The notes under the pieces are model-generated. The model ran no database searches. It was given only the letters and a program-made list of their open reading frames with translations, and was not told where the DNA came from. A stretch of 64,000 nucleotides of DNA from a virus (Duplodnaviria > Caudoviricetes), in IMG/VR virus record IMGVR_UViG_3300034418_005508, positions 1,551 through 65,550 of that record; one strand, 5' to 3'. The position numbers and the translations under genes were made by a program. The number at the start of each line of letters is the position of its first letter. The first letter of the stretch is position 1. This document shows, one piece after another, positions 50,096 through 59,862 of the stretch.

Positions 50096-50109
50096 AACCA
50101 AACACCAAA

Positions 50110-51558
50110 TTACGATGCAGTGCAAGTCAAGTCGAGCGAAGTATCGAATCTGCGGAGCAGGATACCAGCTGTCTTCAACATGTGCACAGAAGCACCGTCT
50201 ATATCTGAAGCTCGCGTGTCGGTTTCAGTGAAGCCCTTAGGCACAACTGAACCTGCAACACACCAGCGGAGCATTTCGCGTCCCTTCTTGTTCAACATCT
50301 GGAGGTTGTTCTCCCCGTCATAAGATGACTGGTCAACAAACACCATTCTGTATGACTCAAGCGGCAATCCAGACTCAGGGTGCTTCTGAGAAGCCTGAGC
50401 AACAGGGCCGTGATCGAACAATGGGACCTTAACCACGTTCACCGTGTGACCATCGACGTGGTCGTACGAGGTGAAGTAACCAGTGATACCCAAGCTACGA
50501 CCGCTACCAGTGATAAACTTAGACTCAGTAGTTCTGAGGTAAGAGTTTGTAGTAGTACCGACACCGCTAGAGCTAACACCGTTAGCGTAGTAGCTGCGGA
50601 GAGCCTTGTCGAACTCACGTGCACCACCAATACCGGTGTACAAAGTCACCTGCTTGTCGGTAGCATCCGTCATGCCGTAGAACAAGTCACCAATCGTGTC
50701 CTCCAACTTCTTCTGCGTGAGAGTAGAGTAGGTGTCCTTATTGATGATCTGCTCGAACAAACCAGGACCAGATATAACTGGTTGGCCATTCTCGTCCAAC
50801 ATTCTGTTAGATCCTTTGTCATCATAAGTCTTGTTTCCGTACCAGTAGTACATCTCACACTCTTCCTTAAACTTGAGCATGTGACGGTACTCCTCGTAGT
50901 CCATCCACAACTTCGTAGAAGAACCTTCCTTAGTTGGGAGGTTGAACTCTGCTACGTAGTCTTTAGCGTTACCAGAGAAGTGGTAAGACTTACGCACAGT
51001 ACCAATCTTAGAACGGACCAACCCGGGAGCTGTCCAGTTAGAAGCGTTACCGCGTGAGAAGTCAATACCAACGTTAGCAAACAACATGCCCCAAAGAGCA
51101 CCTGCTGCACGGTCCTCTGAAGGAATAGCTGTAACGTCTGGAGAAACGATTTGGAGTTCATACTCGTAACCGTTACCAACTGATCTAGGTTCGCTCATAA
51201 TCCGAGCCAACACACCAGTCTGTGAGACCAAAGTGTATGGGAAAATGAACCACTTGTCAGGGAAGGTCAATCTGAAGGGTGCACCTCCAGTTCCGTCTCC
51301 TGTGTTAGCGACAACTGGGCGAACGTTAACTTCATGGGTCTTGACACGATACTCAAATTCAAATCTATTGATTGACTTCGTGTTACCAACCCCTTCAGTC
51401 AAGAAGGAAAGAGGAAACTTCTTTTCTTCACGTCCGGCCAAGTGCGTAATGATGGGAGAGAGCTCTTCGGGCTTCTCCATCAAAGCATTAACCAACGAGT
51501 TTGTGTCGGTCATCTGCTGGTCATTGTAGTACGTTTTAAGTACCTGCATCAAAGCCAT
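50110..51558 (-). CDS. Major capsid protein (crAss-like, HK97 fold)
   Basis: 482 aa. FPLSFLTEG, RKSYHFSGN, KLWMDYEE, GPGLFEQI, LYTGIGG..EF, HVDGH.V.V...PLFD, HPESGLPLESYR. Confidence 0.92.
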   Translation of the reverse strand: MALMQVLKTYYNDQQMTDTNSLVNALMEKPEELSPIITHLAGREEKKFPLSFLTEGVGNTKSINRFEFEYRVKTHEVNVRPVVANTGDGTGGAPFRLTFPDKWFIFPYTLVSQTGVLARIMSEPRSVGNGYEYELQIVSPDVTAIPSEDRAAGALWGMLFANVGIDFSRGNASNWTAPGLVRSKIGTVRKSYHFSGNAKDYVAEFNLPTKEGSSTKLWMDYEEYRHMLKFKEECEMYYWYGNKTYDDKGSNRMLDENGQPVISGPGLFEQIINKDTYSTLTQKKLEDTIGDLFYGMTDATDKQVTLYTGIGGAREFDKALRSYYANGVSSSGVGTTTNSYLRTTESKFITGSGRSLGITGYFTSYDHVDGHTVNVVKVPLFDHGPVAQASQKHPESGLPLESYRMVFVDQSSYDGENNLQMLNKKGREMLRWCVAGSVVPKGFTETDTRASDIDGASVHMLKTAGILLRRFDTSLDLTCTAS

Positions 51559-51583
51559 GATTGTTTATTTTAAAAGGTTATGC

Positions 51584-52747
51584 TTAAAAAAGCGCGTTTA
51601 TGTCCAGTTGATCTGGATCAAATGATGGTTGTCTACGCTGAGCTTTACGAGCACTCTTGACTCTCTCTTCGTTAGACTGGATACGTTCCCTGAGATTTCT
51701 GACACTCTGCGTGCGTGCTTTTGTGTCAATGATATCTCCGAGATCAAATCCGCTATACATGAGATAGTCTATTGCGAGCTTGATGTCGATGTTGGCATCA
51801 GCATAGTCTAGGTCTCTTTGAGTATTGCCTTCCTCGTCTACGGGAGCGGAGATGTAATCGAAGAAGTCTTGCTTATCTGAGTCTGGGATCACTATACCTG
51901 CAAACTCATTGTCTTCTGAGATGTAGTCTGCTACATCGCCCCAGAAGTTTTCTTGCACCTGCTCTTCGTACGCTTGCGCCTCAAGTTGCTCTTGGTACAA
52001 AGCTTCTCTCTGCTGCTCTTGCATTGCAGTAAGTTCTCCTTGTGCTATCAATGCTTTGTTGTACAGCTTACCACCTTCTTCGAAATCGTTGAGCATCTCG
52101 AGGATAAACTCATCTTGGTGGCCCATTGCTTTGTAGTACTCACCAAGCATAGCGCGTTGGAGAGTCACATCCTGTTCCCTAAGCTCGATACGGCTGTAGT
52201 CTGACTGTGGGTTGTTTGCAGCGTAGAACTCCTGTGGGTCTCCGCCAGCCAACACAAAGTCGAGGTGAGCTTGTATCTCTGGGTACTGGTCAAACAGATC
52301 TTGCAGCTGTGCTTCTGCAACTTCTTCAGACATATCTCTGACAAAGCTGGTGAGCCCCTCTACAGTATCGGCATACTCATTTTCTAATTCAAATCCGAGA
52401 ATATCAGAGATCTTATCTGCGATGGGGAGATCGTCGTATTCGTCTTCGGTGAGTTCGTCTTCAAACTCTTCGTCGTCATCTTCCTCATCATCATATTCGT
52501 CCTCTTCGTCGTAGTCGTCTTCTACGGTGTCTTCATCGTCATCGTCATCGTCGTCTTCATCGACATAGTCTTCGAAGTCTTCGTCTCCATATTCTCTAGG
52601 GTCTTCGTCGATGATGTCATCATCGTCGTAGTATTCCTCAACGTCTTGAGGCTCCTGTTCGACTGTTTCCAGTCCTGGTGCGCCTTCCCCAACGACACTG
52701 TCGAAGGTAATGGCGCTAAAGTCTAGTTTGTTGTTTGGGTCTGACAT
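51584..52747 (-). CDS. Acidic scaffold-like protein
   Basis: 387 aa with a long D/E tract and helical C-terminus, immediately upstream of the major capsid gene. Confidence 0.7.
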   Translation of the reverse strand: MSDPNNKLDFSAITFDSVVGEGAPGLETVEQEPQDVEEYYDDDDIIDEDPREYGDEDFEDYVDEDDDDDDDEDTVEDDYDEEDEYDDEEDDDEEFEDELTEDEYDDLPIADKISDILGFELENEYADTVEGLTSFVRDMSEEVAEAQLQDLFDQYPEIQAHLDFVLAGGDPQEFYAANNPQSDYSRIELREQDVTLQRAMLGEYYKAMGHQDEFILEMLNDFEEGGKLYNKALIAQGELTAMQEQQREALYQEQLEAQAYEEQVQENFWGDVADYISEDNEFAGIVIPDSDKQDFFDYISAPVDEEGNTQRDLDYADANIDIKLAIDYLMYSGFDLGDIIDTKARTQSVRNLRERIQSNEERVKSARKAQRRQPSFDPDQLDINALF

Positions 52748-52751
52748 TACG

Positions 52752-52759
52752 CAAAAATA
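52752..52759 (-). promoter_or_regulatory. Bacteroidota -7 element TATTTTTG, 4 nt upstream of the scaffold ATG
   Basis: Minus strand TATTTTTG-CGTA-ATG. Confidence 0.7.
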
Positions 52760-52818
52760 TTAATGGGTTTGGTTTGTATTTCTGTAAAATTATTTTATAC
52801 AGTTGCTATTATTATATA

Positions 52819-54819
52819 TCACTTGCGCTTTCTGCGCTTCTTTCGTCTATCTATCATTCCTCCTCTTCTACGTAGTGACTTGAGCGAGTTAAGTCCAAAC
52901 TCGTAAGCTTTCATATCTTCAAAAGATATGTAGCCTGGAGCGGATTTATCTAAGTTAATTGGTTGGGGTCCTCGTGATGCTCCTGCTCTAGATACCAAAG
53001 GTTCAGAGCTGCCTGGGAGTGAAATGTTTAGCCTTCCTTGATCAGCGTGTACATCAAAGCTTTGTCGTATTCTTATAGGTTTCCCGCCCAGCGTTTCAAA
53101 TACCTCAGTATTGAAGAGTTTATTTTTTGCCCGTTCTGGGAGTTTGTTTATTGCTTTTTTAGCTCTATTAGGAAGTCTGTCCAAGAGTGGAGAGGTTGTT
53201 CCTTGTTGAAACGGTTGGAGATCCCAGTCATCAACCATATCTACTCTCATACCCTTATTCATTGGGGTTGTCTCTATTCTGTATCCACCCATCACACCAT
53301 ATAGGTCATCAGTGTATCCTACAGATACACCTTTATTTCCTTTAAGACTTGCTTTACCAGCTGCCAGGTGTTCCCCGAATGGTATCTTAGGTCCATGTTT
53401 CCATTCATCTGAGAGAGGTGCTGTCCATTTTCCTCGTGCAATCAAATCTTTCTTTACAGCTTTGGGTATCTGAATGTCTCCCACATTGGACGCTGCAAAG
53501 TCAAGTTGGTCAGGGTCTCTTAGCTTAACCTCTCGTCCGCTGACTCCGGAAGGTTTGTATGAACCATACCGTTGTTCTTTTCCAAGACTTAACCGAACTG
53601 CATCAATTCTGTTTTCAATTTGATCTCGTTGATTTTTTGGTATTCTATCATACGGCACAATCGGATTTATGCCCCTGCCCCTGTGTGCCCGGAATACGTT
53701 TTCTACTTGTTTCTTCTTGCTGAATACACTTTGCAAAGTTTCTTTTGGGCCCAGAGACTTTTTACCGTACCCAAAAGGAACTTTAGAGTAGGTCAACCCA
53801 AATCTAGCGGGGGCTCTAAACAGTCCTAGGGCACCCTTTCCCGTCATAAATGCACCTGCAGGATCAAATGCTATATCTGCTGCTACTGCTTTAGCCCCAG
53901 TTAGGCCTAGTGTTGTAGACGGGGAGTAGTTTTCTTGTTTTATACCTCTGGCTGCATCTGTGTAGGCAAACGGGTTTGTATTTATTTTCTTTCCTGTAGC
54001 AGCATTGAGGAGTGCGCCTGTAGTAACTCTACCCGGCCATGACATTGCATCTGTAGCTACGTTTATCATGTTGTTGCCTGCAGTATTGATGTCTTCTCTT
54101 ACCCCAGACTCAAACTTTTTTCGCTTAGACTTATCTGTCTTGGCGTAGTCTCCTACAATGCCTGACCCTGTTCTTTTAACAGCGTCTTCTACAGAGTCTA
54201 ATCCTTTCCTGTCTTTCTTTGCTACTACCTCTGCTGTCCCTAACAAGACGGGCATTTGAGTGCCGTCTTCAAACGTCATGATTCTGGTGCCTGGAACTGT
54301 ATTCTTATCCAGCTTGTGTTTTTCTGACCACGTCAAGGATACTTTTTGCTTCTCCTCTTTATTATCGTCCTTAGCCCCACCAGTCTGCATCTTTTTTACT
54401 TCTCCCCCTTTTTGATACGTAGCTGGGGTTTCTATCACGGTACCGTGATTTGGTCCCGTAGGCAAGTTGGTTATGCCGGGGGGTACATTCTCGTATGACT
54501 GTATCAGATGTCCCTGCTCATCTACTTTCTTAATGTTGATAGGTGCTTTCATACCTATCGTATTGAACGGGGTATTAGGAGGGACGTCAGGGAAGACCAT
54601 AGTTTGATTGAACTCCCCGGCTTTGTGGTAGGGCCTCAGCCCTTCTTTCTGTTGTTCAGGCGTTTCTGCAACCAGCGGCTTAGCCTGTTCTTGTTGCTGT
54701 CTATGTTCAGCCAACAAATCGGTACCCTGAGCGTAGGCCTTGTATACGTCAAGTATAGAGCCCTCCATACCGGATGCTCTAAACTCCTCTAGCAATCTCC
54801 TACGATCAGCGTTTGTCAT
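52819..54819 (-). CDS. Multi-module putative internal virion protein (QxGG-tagged) between portal and scaffold
   Basis: 666 aa. YQKGG and MQTGG after a Pro-rich N-terminal domain; ends RRRGGMIDRRKKRRKRK. Confidence 0.75.
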   Translation of the reverse strand: MTNADRRRLLEEFRASGMEGSILDVYKAYAQGTDLLAEHRQQQEQAKPLVAETPEQQKEGLRPYHKAGEFNQTMVFPDVPPNTPFNTIGMKAPINIKKVDEQGHLIQSYENVPPGITNLPTGPNHGTVIETPATYQKGGEVKKMQTGGAKDDNKEEKQKVSLTWSEKHKLDKNTVPGTRIMTFEDGTQMPVLLGTAEVVAKKDRKGLDSVEDAVKRTGSGIVGDYAKTDKSKRKKFESGVREDINTAGNNMINVATDAMSWPGRVTTGALLNAATGKKINTNPFAYTDAARGIKQENYSPSTTLGLTGAKAVAADIAFDPAGAFMTGKGALGLFRAPARFGLTYSKVPFGYGKKSLGPKETLQSVFSKKKQVENVFRAHRGRGINPIVPYDRIPKNQRDQIENRIDAVRLSLGKEQRYGSYKPSGVSGREVKLRDPDQLDFAASNVGDIQIPKAVKKDLIARGKWTAPLSDEWKHGPKIPFGEHLAAGKASLKGNKGVSVGYTDDLYGVMGGYRIETTPMNKGMRVDMVDDWDLQPFQQGTTSPLLDRLPNRAKKAINKLPERAKNKLFNTEVFETLGGKPIRIRQSFDVHADQGRLNISLPGSSEPLVSRAGASRGPQPINLDKSAPGYISFEDMKAYEFGLNSLKSLRRRGGMIDRRKKRRKRK

Positions 54820-57029
54820 TCTCCGTCAGGTCTTAGGTCACCCTCTTTGTTAAGGGCTTGCTGCTTAAGATCTAGCTCTCTCTGCTTTATCTCAAAGTTC
54901 TGCTGCATCTTGGCCATGTCAATGTTCAGCCTATCCTGATTGTCTGAAGCTTCAGCTTTGATAAGCGCCAACTCGATCTGCAACTGTCTGTCCTTCTCTT
55001 TGTCGACAGCCTGCTGCTGTATCTGCATCTGCTGAGTCTTCTGCTGTTCAACTTGAGCTTGCTGTTGAGCTTGCTGTTGTTGTTGCTCCAACTCTTTCTG
55101 TGCTTTCTCAGCTTTCTTGATCTTATCCTTGATGCCTGCGTAGTTCTCAGTATCGAACAGGTCAAGTACTGCAGAAGCTGGTACCCCGTTCTGAATCATA
55201 GATTGAGACAACATCTTAGCTTGTTCAAGCTTGTCTTGGTCTCTACCTGCATCAGACACGAAGATGCCGTACTCTGTCTCCATGTGTTGCATAGAGTCGA
55301 TGTCGATCATTTCAGTAGTCATGTCAGGCATAACGTACATGGCCTTCTTACCTGAGAGCCAGGCTTCTTTCGAGTAATCGATCAAGCCTTGCAACTCACG
55401 TTGTTCAAAGCGTGCATACTTACGGAAGATGTCTTCGGTGATATGCGATGACTGTACGATTGCCTGCTGTGATGTAGCCTTGCCTTCGTACGGCCCGATA
55501 CCACCTTGTCTTTGTCTGTTGACTCCTGATATCTTCTCCCACTCCTGCATGATGGACTCGAGAAGATTGAGATACTGGTCGATTGTCTTGATAGACATGT
55601 CAAGTACAGACTGGTGCTGCGGTGACAGCTGTATCCCTTCTTTGTTGTAATCTACCCACGCGATACCTGTACCTTCTACGAAGTACATGAACTTATCCAT
55701 GTCCCACTTCTTGGGTATCATGTTGATGTCAAACTGGGCTATGATGTCTTTTGATCTTGCGATCGCCAACTCCATTCTATACTTAAAGATGTTGTAGTTG
55801 AGCTGGAATGGGACACCCAGTGATACAATTGATATGTTGTCAGCGTTGATGTCTGAGTACTTTCGTCCATTGACTGGTAGTTTGCAGAGTGATGGGTTGT
55901 CAAGTGATGTACGTTGGTTGGAGATGGGGTTCATCTTGATGTAGAAGTCCCCGTCTATACGCGTGCCTTCCCACACCTCATTGACCCACTCGTATTTAAT
56001 CTTAGCTCCTTGTTCTTTTAGTTCTTGCGGGATACGGAATCCGTCCTCAACCTGCATCTCTTCGATGACTCCTGTGACTTTGTCTTTGTAAGACAAGAAC
56101 CCAATGCGCTTGCGTGACTTCCAGTATACAGTAACTACTTCGATAAGTCTGTTTCTATAGATGTTGTCATCTGACCCTGTAGCCTCTGATCTGTACAACA
56201 AGTAAGACTCAGTAGACTGCTGCTTTGGGTTCTCCAACTGCAACACCTGTTCAGGCGTGAGATACGGGCTGAACATGTCCACTGCGCTTGATGCGTGCAC
56301 AAACTTTCTGATGATGGCCCAGTCCCCGTCCTCCACGAACTCAATGTCTGGGTCTTTATCGAAGTCTATATCAAGAGGGTTAAGTATCTCGTAGAATGGT
56401 TCTGCATTACGCACGCCTTTGTGCGAGTACACCTCACCCGTCACCAGGTAGTGGAAGAACCCTTTCTGGAACTTGTCGTATATCTCCTGATGCTGCATGA
56501 TGTAGTTCAACGCAGCCTGTCCTTTGATGGCTCTGTTGTCTACGTATGTACGCTCGAACTGCTCCAGTACTTCTTCTGGGAGTGGGATCTCTTCGGGGTT
56601 GCCTACAAGGTCTGAGTTTCTAGCTAGTTCATTCAAGAACATCTTCTGAACCTGAGTAAACAATGCTTGCTTCTTAGCCTCTTCTTTGCGAGTGACTGCA
56701 TCTGCATTGGCTATGATAACGCTGTAGTTCAGAGGTCTCTTGGACTTCTCCCCCAGCAGCAGGTCAATGATGGGCTTGATGATTGGGTAGTTGCGCAGCT
56801 TTGATGGGAAGTTGCTTCTCGTTTTCCCGTACGGCTTAAGCACATACTTGTAGTCATCGTCATCGATGTTACCGTTGTAGTATTCATACAAGGCTTTCAG
56901 TCTGGAGCGGCGCTCTGACAGACCAAACTTAGACATATCTATGTAGGCTTCAACGCATTCCTCTGCCCACTTCTTCGTCTTCTTTGACCTCGGGATACGC
57001 TGTTGCGGTATTTTATGGGTACCGTACAT
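54816..57029 (-). CDS. Portal protein (crAss type)
   Basis: 737 aa. IPQQRIP.SKK.KKW, RNYPIIKPIIDLLLGE.SKRP, W.NEVWEGTRI, SGVNRQRQG, Q-rich C-terminal barrel. Confidence 0.93.
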   Translation of the reverse strand: MYGTHKIPQQRIPRSKKTKKWAEECVEAYIDMSKFGLSERRSRLKALYEYYNGNIDDDDYKYVLKPYGKTRSNFPSKLRNYPIIKPIIDLLLGEKSKRPLNYSVIIANADAVTRKEEAKKQALFTQVQKMFLNELARNSDLVGNPEEIPLPEEVLEQFERTYVDNRAIKGQAALNYIMQHQEIYDKFQKGFFHYLVTGEVYSHKGVRNAEPFYEILNPLDIDFDKDPDIEFVEDGDWAIIRKFVHASSAVDMFSPYLTPEQVLQLENPKQQSTESYLLYRSEATGSDDNIYRNRLIEVVTVYWKSRKRIGFLSYKDKVTGVIEEMQVEDGFRIPQELKEQGAKIKYEWVNEVWEGTRIDGDFYIKMNPISNQRTSLDNPSLCKLPVNGRKYSDINADNISIVSLGVPFQLNYNIFKYRMELAIARSKDIIAQFDINMIPKKWDMDKFMYFVEGTGIAWVDYNKEGIQLSPQHQSVLDMSIKTIDQYLNLLESIMQEWEKISGVNRQRQGGIGPYEGKATSQQAIVQSSHITEDIFRKYARFEQRELQGLIDYSKEAWLSGKKAMYVMPDMTTEMIDIDSMQHMETEYGIFVSDAGRDQDKLEQAKMLSQSMIQNGVPASAVLDLFDTENYAGIKDKIKKAEKAQKELEQQQQQAQQQAQVEQQKTQQMQIQQQAVDKEKDRQLQIELALIKAEASDNQDRLNIDMAKMQQNFEIKQRELDLKQQALNKEGDLRPDGE

Positions 57030-57039
57030 CTGGCTAAAA

Positions 57040-58992
57040 TTACTTATAAATACGGTCGAACCAGTCGTCCGTAGATCTATCGGATAGAATTTCGGTTACC
57101 TCTCTATTATATAACTCTCGCGTGTGGTACATACCCACCATGAAAGCCATTACCCTATCGAAGTTTCCTCTGTGGTTAAATTTAATCAATTCTTGGAGAA
57201 GTCCGGGATCGTATATCTTATGCAAGTTAAGTGTTACGTTACCGTCTTCATCTGTGTGTCTTGGTGTCACCAACCAGTCTCTGATGTACAACTCTCCCTG
57301 CCGCTTCCGCTGCTCGGTCATGTGCATCCCGTACTGGCGTCTTACATTTCTGGATCGCAGTTCTCGCTTGTCCAGCATTTCAAATTCTTCTTGTAGCTTA
57401 TGTAGTTTGCGATATCTCTTCGCGTAAGCAATGAGCTCTCCACGGTCGTTCTCGAACCCGATTTTTGCGTTGTAGTACTCCGCCAACATAAATAGATTGC
57501 GGTTGTACTCATCCTGTGTTTGTGGTCTCCCGACATAGCTTGCTACTATTATATCATCCGGCTTGGATAGATTGTTTGGTCTCTTGATGACGTATGCAGC
57601 CCCAAGCGATTCATTGCTCGTAGACTTTGACTGAGCATAAGGGTCATGGCAGATAAGATACAAATTGTGAGGCACTTCTTTTTCGTTCGTTAGGTAGGGT
57701 GCTTCGTATACCACTACCGCCCCCTCTGTCTTATCCCCTTTTCTGTGTGGGAACTTGTAGACTGGTTGGACATCTCCAGATGGTCGGAACGATGCCTTCC
57801 CGTCTTTGTCGTAGTACATTACTCCTGCTGTCCCCTCAGTCTGTAGGCCATGAGCTTTAACCTTGTTATACTGCTCTTTAAGACTGTTGACATCAAAAAG
57901 ATTTGCTGTGACTTGTAGCGTCGCTTCTTGAGGGGTGAATGGGTGCTCCGCGACGTACTGGTCAAGCGCCTTTGGGTCATTAGCTCCCTTCTTCTTCTCC
58001 CTTTGTATCTCTTCATGTTTCTTGGCTTCTTCTATCATAGAGTTACCGTTCTCATCTATGAACCCGTCTAGGTTTTGGTAGATTGGGACAAAGTATCCGC
58101 AGACAGTTCCCATAGCTCCTGCATCCCACTCGTTGTCAAATGCCATGCAATCATACGACTCAGGGTGGTAGAACAATTCCTCCATACCCTCGAACCCAGA
58201 GCCCTCTTCACCACCCGTACCGAATGCTATCATGGTACCCAGTGTCTTTGAGCCCTGACGCATTGTAGGCATAGCCACTTCCCAAGCTTTCAGCAGTCCT
58301 CCGAATGAACCTGCCTCCTCAAAGAAAATCAGATCACCTGCTTTACCACGGACTTTGTCTGGGTTATCCTTCAACGATACCCCTATGATTTGGGACTTCA
58401 TCCCAAGTTCAACATCTGCCCCGTTTACGTTCTTCTTGTACCCGGATTGTTTGTGCATCTCACGGTCACGCAGGCGAGGTTGCGTCCATGCCGTGTTGTC
58501 GTCTATGAATGACAGGAAGTCCCAAGCTTTGCTGAGCAGTCCATCCCCGATCAGGTACTCTTTCTGCGAGGCGAACACATAGTTCTTGGAGTTACGCATC
58601 AGGAAGTAGTTCCTGGCTAGCATAGCCCCAGCTTTGTACGAGAAACCTTTACGTCTTGCTTTCAAGACGACCATATGCCTGTTTGTTTTTCTGCACTCGT
58701 CTACCGCAGTGAAGTACTGGTGGTCTCCGTCGTAGAAGGCAGGAAATGTTCTGTCTCTTCGGGCGATCTTTGTACCATCTGCCAGGAACTCGTCTACGAC
58801 TCGGTCTATAGGGCAGAAGTTTAGGTAGAAATAGTGATACCCCGTTATGTCTAAATATCCCTGCGTGCATCTCTCTTTCTGTTCGTCCCAGTAGTCGTAG
58901 TACTCTCGCGTGCCCGGCAACGCATCGGTGTAGAACCCGAAGTCTAGGTAGTGCTGAGCAGCAGGTGAGTATTTACTGGAGTTTTTGAACAT
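57040..58992 (-). CDS. terL: Terminase large subunit
   Basis: 650 aa. Walker A LKARRKGFSY, Walker B IFFEEAG, FGTGG coupling motif, nuclease DPY and GNFDRV. Confidence 0.95.
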   Translation of the reverse strand: MFKNSSKYSPAAQHYLDFGFYTDALPGTREYYDYWDEQKERCTQGYLDITGYHYFYLNFCPIDRVVDEFLADGTKIARRDRTFPAFYDGDHQYFTAVDECRKTNRHMVVLKARRKGFSYKAGAMLARNYFLMRNSKNYVFASQKEYLIGDGLLSKAWDFLSFIDDNTAWTQPRLRDREMHKQSGYKKNVNGADVELGMKSQIIGVSLKDNPDKVRGKAGDLIFFEEAGSFGGLLKAWEVAMPTMRQGSKTLGTMIAFGTGGEEGSGFEGMEELFYHPESYDCMAFDNEWDAGAMGTVCGYFVPIYQNLDGFIDENGNSMIEEAKKHEEIQREKKKGANDPKALDQYVAEHPFTPQEATLQVTANLFDVNSLKEQYNKVKAHGLQTEGTAGVMYYDKDGKASFRPSGDVQPVYKFPHRKGDKTEGAVVVYEAPYLTNEKEVPHNLYLICHDPYAQSKSTSNESLGAAYVIKRPNNLSKPDDIIVASYVGRPQTQDEYNRNLFMLAEYYNAKIGFENDRGELIAYAKRYRKLHKLQEEFEMLDKRELRSRNVRRQYGMHMTEQRKRQGELYIRDWLVTPRHTDEDGNVTLNLHKIYDPGLLQELIKFNHRGNFDRVMAFMVGMYHTRELYNREVTEILSDRSTDDWFDRIYK

Positions 58993-59368
58993 ACGTTTTT
59001 ATTTTGCTCCAACCCATAGCAGTTTCAGACTGCAACTCTAGTTCGCTAACTGATAGAGCTATGTAGTCTTTGTTAAGCTTAGCTTGTTCGTTAAGCATCA
59101 CGCCTCTTCGGTACTTGCTGGAACTCCATATATATATCACATGTATCTTTCTTTCTTTGATGTGGTCCAGTTGTTTGATGGCTATGTCCTTCTGTATCAC
59201 TGGATTAACAAAGACAGACTTAGACCTCAGAAGAGCGCAGTCATAGTAGCAAGCTGACAGTTCTCTGACATGCAGGGGTTTGCGCGAACACTTCACTCCC
59301 AGGTCACTTATAAAAGCTTTCACTTTCTTCTTGAGCTGATTGGATGCTCCTACGATTGCTATCTTCAT
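58973..59368 (-). CDS. Hypothetical protein
   Basis: 131 aa, coupled to both neighbours; N-terminal IAIVGAS strand-loop. Confidence 0.6.
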   Translation of the reverse strand: MKIAIVGASNQLKKKVKAFISDLGVKCSRKPLHVRELSACYYDCALLRSKSVFVNPVIQKDIAIKQLDHIKERKIHVIYIWSSSKYRRGVMLNEQAKLNKDYIALSVSELELQSETAMGWSKIKTYVQKLQ

Positions 59369-59862
59369 TGTGAGTACTTGTTAGTTATCACTCCTCCTCT
59401 GTTGGGGTTGTCCTTTTGTTCGTGTTTCTTGACTATGGCTTCCAGTTCTTCCAAACCGTTTACGACTTTACCCATGTTTGCCAAGTTGGCTATCAGGTCT
59501 TTGGCGTGGTAGATTGGTTTGCCGTGGTCATCTAAAACGTTCAAGTTAATTGTGGCAAAGTACCTCTCCAGTTTAGTTACCGAACTACGTGCAGATTTAA
59601 GTAGCTTGATAGCTGAGGTTTCTGATAGTTCCTTATATTTATCTATTGCCCCCATCACTTTTGGGGTGAACTTAACCTTGAGATCCTTACCTATTTTAGT
59701 TTGTCTCTCTTCTTCCTCATACACAGCGTAGGGGGAGCGGTGGTCCGTGTAGAAGTATACAGCGCCCAGCTCCTGCCCTTTCAGACTCTTGAATTCGTCG
59801 ATGGTCAGTGCGTACGCGCTTGGGATAACTACGTTGTTACTAACAGTTATCAAGTCTCTCAT
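59365..59862 (-). CDS. Putative terminase small subunit
   Basis: 165 aa, helical, D.RSPY motif, C-terminal NRGG. Position upstream of terL. Confidence 0.55.
   Translation of the reverse strand: MRDLITVSNNVVIPSAYALTIDEFKSLKGQELGAVYFYTDHRSPYAVYEEEERQTKIGKDLKVKFTPKVMGAIDKYKELSETSAIKLLKSARSSVTKLERYFATINLNVLDDHGKPIYHAKDLIANLANMGKVVNGLEELEAIVKKHEQKDNPNRGGVITNKYSQ

Noticed and set aside
52430-52640. (TCA/TCG)n-like low-complexity repeat
   Set aside because: Encodes the D/E tract of the scaffold-like protein; not an independent repeat element or CRISPR array.
57030-57045. Possible promoter before the portal gene (TAATTTTAGCCAG-ATG)
   Set aside because: Does not match TAnnTTTG and overlaps the terL stop; insufficient evidence.
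57040-58992. Intein or intron in terL (also considered for the RNAP and capsid genes)
   Set aside because: Uninterrupted ORFs with no splice-junction or homing-endonuclease motifs seen.
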